Source of the DNA: Blepharisma stoltei ATCC 30299
Lineage: Eukaryota > Protista > Ciliophora
Length of the DNA stretch: 64,000 bases
Assembly: GCA_965603825.1 (NCBI GenBank)
Contig: CBFDEM010000020.1
Span: 310,001 to 374,000 of the forward strand
Reading direction: 5' to 3'
Shown in pieces: positions 12,885-24,663 of the stretch. A program made the position numbers and the translations under genes. The stretch's first letter is position 1. Each line of letters starts with the position of its first letter. The notes beneath the pieces were generated by a model. That model had not been told where the DNA came from. It saw only the letters and a list, made by a program, of their open reading frames with translations, and ran no database searches.

Positions 12885-14309
12885 ATGAAGTCAATATTCA
12901 CCTATGCAGAGCAGCCTCAAGGCTTACTTTTTTGAAAAGAGCTGGAAGAACCCGAGACTCCAATCTCTTCAAGAATTATTCATAGTGGTCCGTTAACCGA
13001 ATTAACCCCTCTTCATAAATTTAAAAAACGATACTTTGCAATAACAAAAGACTCACTTTTAAAAGCCAAAACTGAATCGTCTGAATATACAAAAGTATCT
13101 AAGATCGAATGAAAAACAATTGAGCCATTTATTGAAGAAAATGAAGAAGAAAGGTACTACGGCTTTCAAATTATTCAAGGGATAGTTCAAAGACATTTTT
13201 ATGTAAAATCTTCAAAAGAGTTAGATGTTTGACTCTCTTACTTGTCCAGAGTTGGAATTATGACAGATATTAGAAATGATTTCAATTTTAAGAAGTCAAT
13301 AGGGACTTCGCATTCTTCTAATTTATACCTTGCAACTGACCTTGAAAATAACAGAGATTATGCAATTAAATGCATCCCAAAACGCCAAATAAGAAAAGAG
13401 TCTGTGCTTAGCTCAATAATAAATGAAATCACTATTCTCAGGACTCTAAATCACCCATTTATTACTAAGCTCCATAAAGTTTATGAAAGTAGCAACTATA
13501 TACATTTAGTTCTAGACCACGCTCCAGGAGGTAACTTAGCCCAACGAATTCAAAACAAGGGTCCATTACCAGAAGTTAAGGCAGCTAGATTAATCAAAAA
13601 TCTGCTAGAGGTGCTTGAGTACCTTGACTCAATGAATGTTGTGCATCGAGATATTCAATTGGAAAATATTTTTCTAATATCTGAGAAAAGTGATAGCGAT
13701 TTTATTTTGGGTGATTGCGAGTTCGCATTTTTTAGTAATGCGGAAACAAATCAATCTTTTGTCACTCCAGGCTACGCAGCTCCAGAAATGGTCCAACGAA
13801 TGGCATATGGATCTAAGGTTGATGTGTTTAGTGTAGGAATCATTTTGTACTTTGTCCTTTCAGGAATAACTAAATGGACAGAAAAAATTCGAAATGAAAT
13901 GGTTCAGCAAGTCGGATATATCAGCACTATCTTTTGCGGCTCACAATGGAAAAATATTTCGAGCGATGCCAAAAAGATGGTTTTGAAACTAATTCGATAT
14001 AAACCAAGTCAAAGGCCAAGTCCAACAGAAGCACTTACAAGCAAGTGGTTTACTAAATGCGAGAAAAAGAGCTTAACTGAGAGACGTAAAAAAACAATTA
14101 TCGTTCACACAAAAGTTCAATCATATCGGGAGTACAAAGAAACAAAAGAAACCAATATTGAAACCAACAATGAAGACGATTTTGTCAAAAGAGGACTTTC
14201 TAGCAAAATTAAAGATGTGCTTAAAGTCTTCGTTGAAAGAAATATGGAACAGCTTAATCATTCAAAAAGCTACAACTCTAATATATCTGTATCAGAGGCA
14301 GTGAAATAA
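12885..14309 (+). CDS. PH-like domain plus CAMK-group kinase (degenerate motifs)
   Basis: ATG 12885 is in frame via three TGA. FKKRYF..ELDV-W-LSYL PH signature; AIK, HRDIQLEN, GDCEF, TPGYAAPE. Confidence 0.82.
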
Positions 14310-15109
14310 TTAATCAGCATTCATTTTTTAGATGCACTAATATAGATATAACTCTGGGCAAGTTATAATTAATAAAATTAAACGAATGCTTAAGAAGAAT
14401 GTCAATTTAATAAGTAAGTTGCAGTTACATTATAATTTTACAATTTAAAATTAATTTTTCGGCTGAGATGAATAATTTTATTAATTAATATTAGTTGGAA
14501 TTTTGAGGATATACATATTTTTTATCTAAAACGAACTGATAAGCAATCAAATCAGTATAGCTTGGATCTAATTATGATTATTTAATTTATTAGTTTTCTC
14601 AATTTTTTTAATCCAGATATTGAAGTGCATATTGTTATATTTTATAAATATATACCTTGCTCTTGCTATAAGTGACATTGTATTTACTTTTGAATCTTCA
14701 GACCTTTTCCTATAATTTAATTCTTTAAATTAATTGCTTAAACTAGCCTAATATTCATATTTTTCTTTAAATTTTGTTGCGATCTTATATATATATATGC
14801 TCTCCATTTCTAAAAATTATGTGCAATTTAAATGACAATAATAATTCGCATTTATCGATATGTCTCATTTGAGAAACATTTTTGATAAGCTTTTAAGTCA
14901 AATCAAAATTGTAAAACTTAAGATGAAGACTGAAATTTTCCATATTTGAGTTAACTTGCTAATTAGGAGCTGATGCTTCTAACAGCTCTCTCCCATTATA
15001 TCTCATCACAACTGTATGCAAAGTACATAAAAATGCTAAATGTCTATTGATTTTAATAAATCAGTTTGAGAAGCAAACGCTGATAATCTCTGCCTACATT
15101 CTGATAAAA

Positions 15110-15985
15110 ATGGTGGCTCATATTTTTAAGTCATTATCTCGTAAATTTTCAGATAAAAGCCCAGGGCTTCTTTCAGATTTTCGCTTTGTGCTTCATGGTT
15201 TAGCAGCAGGCAATAAAGCATATTTATTTCAAGAAGAATCTCAAATTGATAGATCCACAATGACTGAGCTTCATATACATCGATTTCTGCCAGAGAGTGG
15301 AAAGGGCCAATTTGTGCAATCATACTGAATAGATATGAAAGAATGTGGACCAATGGTACTTGATGCATTGATCAAAATTAAAAATGAAATCGACCCAACT
15401 TTGACATTTCGACGGTCCTGCAGAGAAGGAATATGTGGGTCATGCTCAATGCATATAAATGGGATCAATACGCTGGCTTGCATTTGCCCGATGGAGCCGA
15501 AAGTCAGAGTGACAGTAGGTCCATTAATTCGATATCCTATCATAAAAGATCTAGTCGTTGATATGACCCATTTTTACAATCAATATAAGTCTATAGACCC
15601 TTGGCTTAAGAGGAAGAATGCTAAAGAGCCGGGATCAAAAGAATATTATCAAAGCCCAAATGATAGAAGAAAATTGGATGGACTATATGAGTGCATTCTT
15701 TGTGCTTGCTGCAGCACTTTATGTCCTTCATATTGGTGGAACCAGCAAATGTATTTAGGTCCTGCAGTTTTACTGCAAGCTTACAGATGGGTAATTGATT
15801 CTAGAGATGAAGCAATTGAAGAAAGACTAGAAAACTTATCCGGGGACTTTAAATTAGCCAAGTGCTATCAGATAGGAACATGCACAGTGACTTGCCCAAA
15901 GAAATTGGATCCAAAAATGGCAATTTACAATTTAAGAGCTATTTATAATGAGTATGAGGACTCGAAAAAGAATTGGGATATTTAA
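15110..15985 (+). CDS. SDHB: Succinate dehydrogenase iron-sulfur subunit (mitochondrial)
   Basis: [54 protein letters not shown] 15110 gives a presequence-like N-terminus, in frame via TGA 15326. Confidence 0.95.
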
Positions 15986-16271
15986 AATTTTTTAATATTG
16001 CATTTTTATCAAAATTGTTTGCTCCCCTTTCTGTGATCTGATCTTTTCTTTTAAATCTTAATTAAGAAAAAGCATATTTTTAGTTGTCATATAATCTTTC
16101 TGCTGTAAAGATTTTTATAACATGAGTTGATAGAAAATTTTCAAAGATTTGTGAAATTCCAATTGTTGGATTAATTTCAACTTCCATTTATTATTTTATG
16201 CATTTTAAACCTATTCGAAGTTTAGATTTAATAATCCCGTCTTTGAATTAATACAATTATTATAATTTATT

Positions 16272-17543
16272 TTAATATTCATCTTCTTCACCCACGCTGT
16301 CCTCGTTAGGTCCATTTGAAGAAGTTTCTCTGAGTGGCACTCTTATTTTCAGTGAATATTCTAATTTTGCTCTATCGTACTCTTCTCTTTTTTGAGGAAA
16401 ATGATACAATAAAATTTCTTCATATATAAGATCTTTCAATTCTCTTATGTTCAAGACTCTTTTTTCAAACTCAAAATCAAAACCAGAAACTGCACTTCGA
16501 GTTGGCTCATCATCTGGACAATGCAAAGTTGACAAATACGGATGCTCTAACGCTTCATCAATTGTAATTCTTTTATCAGGATTAAAAACAAGAAATTTTC
16601 TCACTAAGTCAATTGCGTCAGGGTTGCACTCAGAAAAAATTGTTTCGAAGGCTTTTTTATTCCTTTTAGGCATTCTAGATACTTTATCCCTTGCTCTTAA
16701 ATGAGGAATAGAAGCAATATCTTCATCAGAAGGAGTTCCAATCATGTCAAAAATTAAATCCAATTGGTTATTTGAATCATTTCCAGGCAAAAGTGGTTTT
16801 CTTAATAATAACTCTGCAAAAATGCAGCCAATTGACCACATATCAATAGCAGCTGTGTATTTTCTATAAGTTAATAGCACCTCAGGAGCCCTATATCATC
16901 TAGTTGCAACATAATCTGTCATCTGTGACCCTCTTATTTTTAAATCGTCTATAAAAGGTCTTGCTAGACCAAAATCGCAGACTTTTAAATCGCAATTTGA
17001 GTTTACCAATAGATTTCTCGGCTTTAAATCTCGGTGCAGAATGTGTGCACTATGAATGTATTTGATACCTCTTAAAATTTGATATAAAAAGAACTGGCAG
17101 TGCTCATCAGATAAAATCTGAGGAGATTTTATTATTGAGCTTAAATCAGTTTCCATCAATTCACTTACGACATAAATTTCATCAAATTCATCTCTGCACA
17201 GGGGCAATTGGATTGTTTTGATTCGAATTACGTTTTCATGTTCTAATAAGCGTAGAATTATTAGTTCACGTAATGTTCTCTTCGTAAAGGTAGAATGCTC
17301 AAAAGCTTTTTCAATTTTTTTTATTGCAACAAGTTCCCCTGATACTGTATCTCTTGCTGATACTACTACTCCATAAGCTCCACTGCCAACTGTGTCGCGA
17401 ACTTCATATCTGCTATCCAATAAAAAGTTAGAGCCAAGTATTTTTATAGGCTTTCTATTTATAGCTGAAGGGCCACCAGATTGAGAAACTGAGAATTGAT
17501 TCCTTGATGTTTTGGGAGTCGATAATTTTCTGACTTTTTCCAT
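16272..17543 (-). CDS. MAP kinase (TDY activation motif)
   Basis: GSGAYG, HRDLKPRN, DFG, MTDYVATR-W(TGA 16896)-YRAPEVLL, DMWSIGCI. Confidence 0.95.
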
Positions 17544-17787
17544 TTATCTTCAAACTCCATTTTAAATTGCGAGAAATGAATTCAATTATATAGATGAACA
17601 AATTATAAGTTAGCACAGCTAATTCTTATATTATCAACAATTTTCTTCTAATTATATATAATTGAAAATTTAAAATCTGTTTGAATACCATTAGCAAATA
17701 TTATTTAAAAATTTTTTAATTTTCTTTTATTCTAAAAAGTAGGTATTTTTCTTTATGGCGAGAAATATTTAAATCAATAACAGTAAA

Positions 17788-17973
17788 TTATTTAATTTCA
17801 TGAGTGCTTGGAAGATACCACCACTCTTTATCCCTGAAATCAGCCCATATTCTTGCACCAGAAATGGATGAGTCATTCAAAAGTGGTTTTATGTCTTGGG
17901 TTTCGCGAGAAACTTCGATTGAATTGTTTGAGACTGATTCTTTTGCTTGCTTGAAAATGTTTTTGCTGTCCAT
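17788..17973 (-). CDS. Hypothetical small protein (61 aa)
   Basis: ATG after an A-rich leader, TAA stop, higher GC than its flanks; no recognisable domain. Confidence 0.45.
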   Translation of the reverse strand: MDSKNIFKQAKESVSNNSIEVSRETQDIKPLLNDSSISGARIWADFRDKEWWYLPSTHEIK

Positions 17974-18245
17974 TTTATTAATTATAATACTTCTATATTA
18001 TTTATATAATTGAAGTATAATAAAAATGGGAGAAGCTCCATAATTTATTCGTTATTTGCCTATGTTTTACAATTATCAATTATAATTATTTGAAAAATAA
18101 AATTTACCATAATCCCAAAAATCAAGAATTGAAATTATTTTTTTATATTTATTTAAATGCATTGCAAAATATATATAGTTAATCTATAATAGTAATGGCT
18201 AAGTTGATTGTTAAATTTTATATTTCAGGGATTATTATCAAATTA

Positions 18246-20234
18246 TTATACTGACTCTTGAAAGTGCTGAATTAATTTCTCTCTAGATTTTTCAAATTCT
18301 TGCAAAGCACGAGCTGTGCCTCTCATGTCTCGTCAAATTTTCTTTTGTAGGGCCTCATTTCTCCCTGATGGCGCTGGCGATGGAGTCATAACGACTTTTA
18401 CTGGGCTTCCTTTGAGGTATCGCAACTTATCAATTTCTTGACCTAATTCTGCTATCCTGTCAACAAGTCAATTATTATCATTGATACTTTTTAATAAATA
18501 ATAGATCAAGAACTCAACATATAATGCTATCTCTGTGTAATTTTCCAAGCCTTCATCTAGCAAAACTTGGATCCTTTCTTGTTCATTTCAATCTCTCTGT
18601 GTATGGATATGCTTCTCGTAAATTTGGCCTGTTTTTTCTTTTATGAACTGAAGCATTTTTTCTGCTTCTAAATGCGCTTCTTGGAGCTGATCTCTATTAA
18701 ATTGGATTTTTTGATATTCGGGTAGTGCTTCTTCATGCTCGTGAATTTTTTCTTCCAACTTTAGCCTAATTTCTTTTTCAGTCTTTAAAGCCTTATCTAA
18801 AGATTTTATTTCTTTTTGATAATTATATTGTGCTTCTTCAAACTGCGTGTGCAGAATAGAGAGCTCTTGCTTAGCTGTGCGCAATTCTTGATCGTGACTT
18901 GCTCTCATTGTGGATGTTTCTGATTTTGTGCTGTTGCTTAATTCAACGATTTCTCTTTCGTATGATGCTTTGATCTGATCTGCTTCGTTTTTTCATTGAA
19001 CTTTCATGTTTTCAATTCTTTTTTCCCAGTGATCTAGTTCTTCTTCAAGCTTATGAATCTTTTCTTTACTACTAAGAAGCTGCTTTTCAAGCTTCACTAT
19101 TTTGGCTTGAAGTTCTTCTTTTTCTCCAGCTATTTCCTTGACTTGCTCATTGATTCTTTTATTTTCTTCCTTTTGCTTTTTCAAGTCGTCTTTCAAAAAT
19201 TGGTATGCTTCACTAGAACCCTCTTCAATTTTGATTTTTTCATCAGTGAGCCTCTTTAACTGGTTTTCATAACTTCCTTTCTCCATTTCAAGTCTTTCAA
19301 TTTGGATTAAATTGGTTTTTTTGATGCTCTCTATTTCCATTTCATGACGAGCTTTCATTTCTTCAAATTCTTTCTTAAGCTTGAACTCTAAAGATGCTTT
19401 ATCTGTGGACAAGAGTTCCTGAGTGTTTTTTATTTTTTCTTCCCAACCTTGCTGCTCTTTCTGAACTTTTTCGTTAAGGCTTTGGTTTTCTTTGTGGCAG
19501 AACTCTAATTCTTTTTGTAGTGAGTCCATAACTTCTTCTTTCCCTACAAAAGCATTTTCAATTTGGTCAAGAAAACTTAGAATTTGTGATTCCCTTTGCT
19601 GAAAATCATATCGAAATTCTTCAATTCTATCTGTTTCTTTTTTTTCTAAATCTTTGAACTTTGCTAGAGAAATCGCATTTTGGGCTTCAAGCTCTGGCAG
19701 ATTCCAATTAACTTCTGGTGGCTCTTCATGAGGAATTTCATCAGGAATTTGAGCAACAAAGGTATTTTGATTTAATTGGATTCCCAATATACTCCCTATC
19801 CGTGTTATAATATGCGAAAGACTGGATACAGATAAATTGGTCAAATTTTGATAGCTTTTATTTATATAATGGCTTGCCTCCAACCTTGCCAATAACTCTC
19901 AACGAATAACGTTTGCATTTTCTTCAAGTTCCTTCCATTTCAGTTCTCGAATTTTTTCTAATTCTTGAGTTGGCTCAGCTGATTGAATGCCTATATCACG
20001 TCTTGTGGACTTTTGCTTTGCATAGGCTTCTCTCTGCATTTTTCATAGCTTGCCTTTATCACTAGCGAGATTTATCTTGGAAAAGACCTTCTCTTTCATT
20101 GTTTCGTATTTTTTGACAAGCTCAGATGGAAGGGGAAAAGCAAATAAGAGCTCTTCGGTAACGTTTAGAAGTGAATGCATTGCCTTTACGTCATTTGGAG
20201 TGAAAGATTCCAGAGATATATCATATGAGCTCAT
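18246..20234 (-). CDS. Long coiled-coil protein (662 aa)
   Basis: Three ORF fragments in one frame joined by six TGA; E/K/Q-rich heptads; stop TAA 18246-18248. Confidence 0.8.
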
Positions 20235-20634
20235 CCTATAAATATGAATAACTGACTATTAAATTAAAATTATGATTTTGCTATTAAATCAAGATATTAA
20301 ATAATGCTAACATAGATATTTACTAAAATCGAATAAAATTTGTTAATTCTTAAAAGAAAAAATTGAGTTTTCCTCTCATACTATAGTTTCAAAAATTAAA
20401 ATAAAGATCAAATTAAATGCTTTATATATGCAAATTTGAAAAATATGATTTTTAATGAAAGAATACAATATTAGGATGGTATAAGTACATTTAAAAGATG
20501 GCTAAGCTGGTTAACGAGATTTGAATTTTTTTGAAAACTTGTCTAAAATTAAAAGTGGATTGTTGATATTTCAAAAATCATTTTCATAGCTAAATTAAGT
20601 CAAACTTTTGAAAAATAATGAATTATCATTTAGA

Positions 20635-20952
20635 TTAGCCTCCAAAGCCGTATAAGGTTCTTCCTTGTCTCTTAAGTGCGTAAACTACATCCAATGCAGT
20701 GACAGTCTTTCTTCTTGCGTGTTCTGTGTAAGTAACGGCGTCTCTTACAACACTTTCCAAAAATACTTTAAGTACGTTTCTTGTTTCATCATAAACAAGT
20801 CCAGAGAGTCTCTTAACTCCTCCTCTTCTTGCCAATCTTCTAATGGCAGGCTTAGTAATGCCTTGAATGTTTTCTCTTATAACTCTTCTGTGTCTTTTCT
20901 TTGCTCCAACTTTTCCAAGTCCTTTTCCTCCTTTTCCGCCTTTTCCTCCCAT
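20635..20952 (-). CDS. H4: Histone H4
   Basis: [48 protein letters not shown]...TLYGFGG. True ATG is 20952, not 21036. Confidence 0.98.
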   Translation of the reverse strand: MGGKGGKGGKGLGKVGAKKRHRRVIRENIQGITKPAIRRLARRGGVKRLSGLVYDETRNVLKVFLESVVRDAVTYTEHARRKTVTALDVVYALKRQGRTLYGFGG

Positions 20953-21147
20953 ATTATAACAACAGCATCTTTGGAAGCGCTTAAATAGTGCTAAATCTAT
21001 CCAAACTTTAATGGATCTTCTCCCGTATTGGCGCATTTTTTAGATTCACTATTTTGCAAATCAGCCAATCAAAATCGAGATTACCTCAAAGATGGATTTT
21101 TCTTTAGTATAAAATTGCGAGAAATAAAGCAATTTTAATAATATTTA
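20953..21147. promoter_or_regulatory. Bidirectional H4/H3 promoter with oppositely oriented CCAAT and TATA-like boxes
   Basis: ATTGG 21027-21031 and AGCCAATCA (CCAAT 21065-21069); TATAAAA 21108-21114 before H3; TATTTAAG on the minus strand at 20980-20987 before H4. Confidence 0.55.
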
Positions 21148-21564
21148 ATGGCAAGAACAAAACAAACAGCAAGAAAAACCACCTCAGCAGGAAAAACCCC
21201 AAAGAAGCACTTGGCAACTAAAGCGGCTAAGAAAGTTTCAGCCACCACCACCTCAGGTGTAAAGAAGCCACACAGATTTAGACCAGGAACTGTGGCTTTG
21301 AGAGAAATTAGAAAGTACCAGAAGAGCACTGAGCTTCTCGTGAGAAAACTTCCATTCCAAAGATTAGTCAGAGAAATTGCCCAAGAATACAAGACCGATT
21401 TGAGATTCCAAAGTTCTGCAGTCCTCGCTTTACAAGAAGCCGCAGAAGCCTATTTGGTTGGACTTTTCGAAGATACTAACCTTTGCGCAATCCACGGAAA
21501 GAGAGTAACAATCATGCCAAGAGATATGCAGTTAGCAAGAAGAATTAGAGGAGAAAGATCTTAA
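21148..21564 (+). CDS. H3: Histone H3 (divergent N-tail)
   Basis: [42 protein letters not shown]. Confidence 0.98.
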   Translation: MARTKQTARKTTSAGKTPKKHLATKAAKKVSATTTSGVKKPHRFRPGTVALREIRKYQKSTELLVRKLPFQRLVREIAQEYKTDLRFQSSAVLALQEAAEAYLVGLFEDTNLCAIHGKRVTIMPRDMQLARRIRGERS

Positions 21565-21771
21565 TGCGATCACTTAATTACATTTTATTTCAATTTTGGC
21601 TTAAATTATTTTTTCTGTTTCTATGTTATACTTCATTTCCGCTTTAATAAAGCAAAAAACTAATATCAATAATTCGAAATCTTATGTATTAAATCTTTCT
21701 AAATAGAGAACTAATTATTAATTATAATATATATTAATATGCTCAAAATTATTAAGTTATAATTAATACAA

Positions 21772-23079
21772 TTATGATTTTTCATCAATCTTTTTCAATA
21801 AAAGAGGAAACACTCTTGTTCTTCCTGGCTGATGCTTGACAGATGTAGGATTTTGAGTATTAAATGCATTAAAAGTGATCCCCACATCAACAATGCTCAA
21901 GTTTTCCTCTCCGCAGATATCAGATACAATCCAAGGTTGTTCTTGCAATAATTTGGCAGGGTCCTTGGTATTGCTAAGTATCTGACATATTCTTTCAAAG
22001 TTTTGATCTCCAAGCCTCCTCCTTAGGAAATCGCTCATAAGGGTAGTTCTAACTGGAGAACCTGGGCTTTGTTTAAGTAAACTTTGAGAAAAACTAAAAG
22101 TTCTTTGCGATGCATGAGAAGTAGAGCAAGATGCTGGATGGTCAAGGCTCGATTTTCGGGCTGCCATATGAGTTGCTGTGCTTAGTTCTATTTGTTTGGC
22201 AGAACTAGGCTCTATATTTACATTCCTTTGCTCAGTTGGAATATTAATTGACATTTCTTTTTGATATGATTTCCTCCCTTTTTTGCTAAAAGTCTGAGCT
22301 CTGTCTTCTCTCACTTTGAGCTCAACTTCTTCCAAAATTTGATTTATAGAAGGTCTCTCATTTTTATCCTTTCTTAGCAGCTGAAATATTAAGTTTCTTA
22401 AATTTTCTGAAAAACTGTCAGGTATTTGCTCAGGGTCATTTTTTATTATTGAATTGGCTAGCACAGCAATATTTTCTGCTTCAAAAGGGTGATTTAGAGT
22501 GCATAGCTCATAAAGAACGCACCCTAAGCTTCACACATCAGCCTTGGCATCATATCCCTCTCCTTTGCAAATTTCAGGCGCTAAATAATAGGCTGTGCCT
22601 ACGCCTGAGTAAGCCATTTCATCACTAAACTGCAGAACTTTTGAAAATCCAAAATCGCCAAGCTGAAGACCACCATCTTTTGTTAAAAAAATATTTTTGG
22701 TCTTTAAATCTCTGTGGATGATCTTCAGAGAGTGGATATAACTAAGTGCCATAGAAAGCTGGTAAAACCATTTTCAAATTTGGGCCTCTGTGAAATAGAA
22801 TTTATTTTCTCTAGCAATTCGAATTCTCGCAGATAAATCACCTCCTTCTGCATAATCCATAACAATATATAAATAATTGTTTTCAACAAAGCTCTCATGA
22901 TACTGGATAATATGCTGATGGTGCAATTTCTCTAAAACCCGAACTTCCTCTCAGTTAGGCTGGTCCTCATCACAAGGGATTCTTTTAATGGCAGCTAATC
23001 CGCTGTCTTCTCTTTCCACTAGCCAGACTTCCCCATATCTTCCTCTGCCTAAGGTTTTCAATTTACGATAGTTTTCCAT
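21772..23079 (-). CDS. NIMA-related (NEK) kinase
   Basis: MENYRKLKTLGRGRYG, IVMDYAEGGDL, HRDLKTKNIFL, DFG, GTAYYLAPE, ADV-W(TGA)-SLGC; three TGA read as Trp. Confidence 0.92.
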
Positions 23080-23086
23080 ATAAATA

Positions 23087-24610
23087 ATGGAAGCCCTTGA
23101 CCATATGAATCTAGCAAGTGACAAAAACTTTACTAAGCTCCTGATGCCTGGTGAAAACTTGCTAATGACGCTTAAAGTTATTAAATTCAATAAGCGCAAT
23201 AAAGCTCAGGAAAGAACTGTTGCGATTACGTCAACTGGTGTCTTGAACTTGAAGAATAAAAAAATTCAAAGGAGGATTGAGCTTACAAGTATAGGAGGAA
23301 TAACGCGCAGCCGAAACGGTGAAGAATTTATTTTGCACTGTCCAAATGAGTACGATTATCGATTTTCTTCGCCTCTCAAAGACCAAGCTGTGCAGACAAT
23401 CACCAGAGCTTTTCGAGAATTATCAGGAAGAGGACTTCTCATATGGGAAACCAACGAGCTGAACTTGAAAGATCTGGCAACAACAAAAAGTGACAAGAAA
23501 AAAGGAGTAACCAGGATGCCAGCCTCTGAGACTGCAGTTAATTATCAGTCTATCAGTGGGAACGGCGAAGAAAGCAAAGAAAATAGAGACAGAAGAAGCA
23601 GGACAATCTTCAGAGCCAGCAATAACAGTGGAGAAGTCTCCATGAACGATTTCACCATTTTGAAAGTTATTGGAAGAGGCAGCTTTGGGAAAGTCATGCT
23701 TGTCCAAAAGAAAGACACAAAGGAAGTTTACGCAATGAAAAGCCTAAGAAAAGACGCACTGCTGGAAAGGGAACAAGTCGAGCACACCCGCACTGAGAAG
23801 CTCATCATGCAGCATACCAACCATCCTTTCATTGTCAAACTGGAGTACGCATTCACCTCTCCAGACAAAATCTACTTCGTAATGGAGTACATGAGAGGTG
23901 GAGAACTTTTCTTCCATTTAAAAGAAGCAAAAAAACTAGCAGAAGATAGAGCCAGATTCTATGCTGCAGAAATCGCCCTTGCCTTAGGACATCTGCACCA
24001 GCAAAACATAGTTTATCGAGACTTGAAGCCAGAGAACATCTTGATGGACGATCTAGGCAATGTGCACCTCACAGACTTTGGTATGGCAAAGATGCTTGGG
24101 GAAGGTGGAACCACACAAAGCTTTGTAGGGACTCCAGAGTATTTGGCACCAGAAATCATCGCTTGCTCTGGGCATGGGGTTACAGCTGATTGGTGAAGCT
24201 ATGGTATTTTGCTTTACGAAATGCTTGTTGGCATCCCTCCGTTTTACAATCAGAACATTCAGCTGATGTACGAATTGATCCAGCACGGCGACCTCAGGTT
24301 CCCTCAGCGAAACCCTCTCTCCCCTGCAGCCCAAGATATTATCACCAAGCTCTTAGAAAGAGAGCCTAGAAGAAGACTTGGAGCAAACGGCGTGGATGAA
24401 ATAAAGTCACATCAATTTTTCGAAGGAACTGATTGGAATTTACTTGAACAAAAAAGGCTCCCTACTCCTTTCACGCCTAAGATAACAAACCAACTAAGCA
24501 CTGAGAACTTTGACGAAGAGTTCACCAGCGAAGAACCAGTAAACTCGGTGGTCCCTGAGCATAGACTGAAACTTGTGATGCAAAATCAGGACCAATTTAG
24601 AGACTTTTAA
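23087..24610 (+). CDS. AGC kinase (Akt/SGK/S6K-like) with N-terminal myosin-I TH1/PH-like domain
   Basis: GRGSFGKV, YRDLKPEN, DFG, GTPEYLAPE, DW-W(TGA 24194)-SYG, NFDEEF tail, ends FRDF. Confidence 0.93.
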
Positions 24611-24663
24611 ATAAAAACTATTGCAAATTTCTGGTAAATAATAAGATATGAGCACCCCAAATA

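Noticed and set aside
20953-21036. N-terminal extensions in the ORF track for H4 (also RPS14 49654, AKTIP 54215, NEK 23199, SDHB 15047)
   Set aside because: Upstream or non-ATG starts; family N-termini match the downstream ATGs.
21565-21660. Histone 3' stem-loop after H3 or H4
   Set aside because: No GGYYYTTYNNARRRCC-type hairpin seen.
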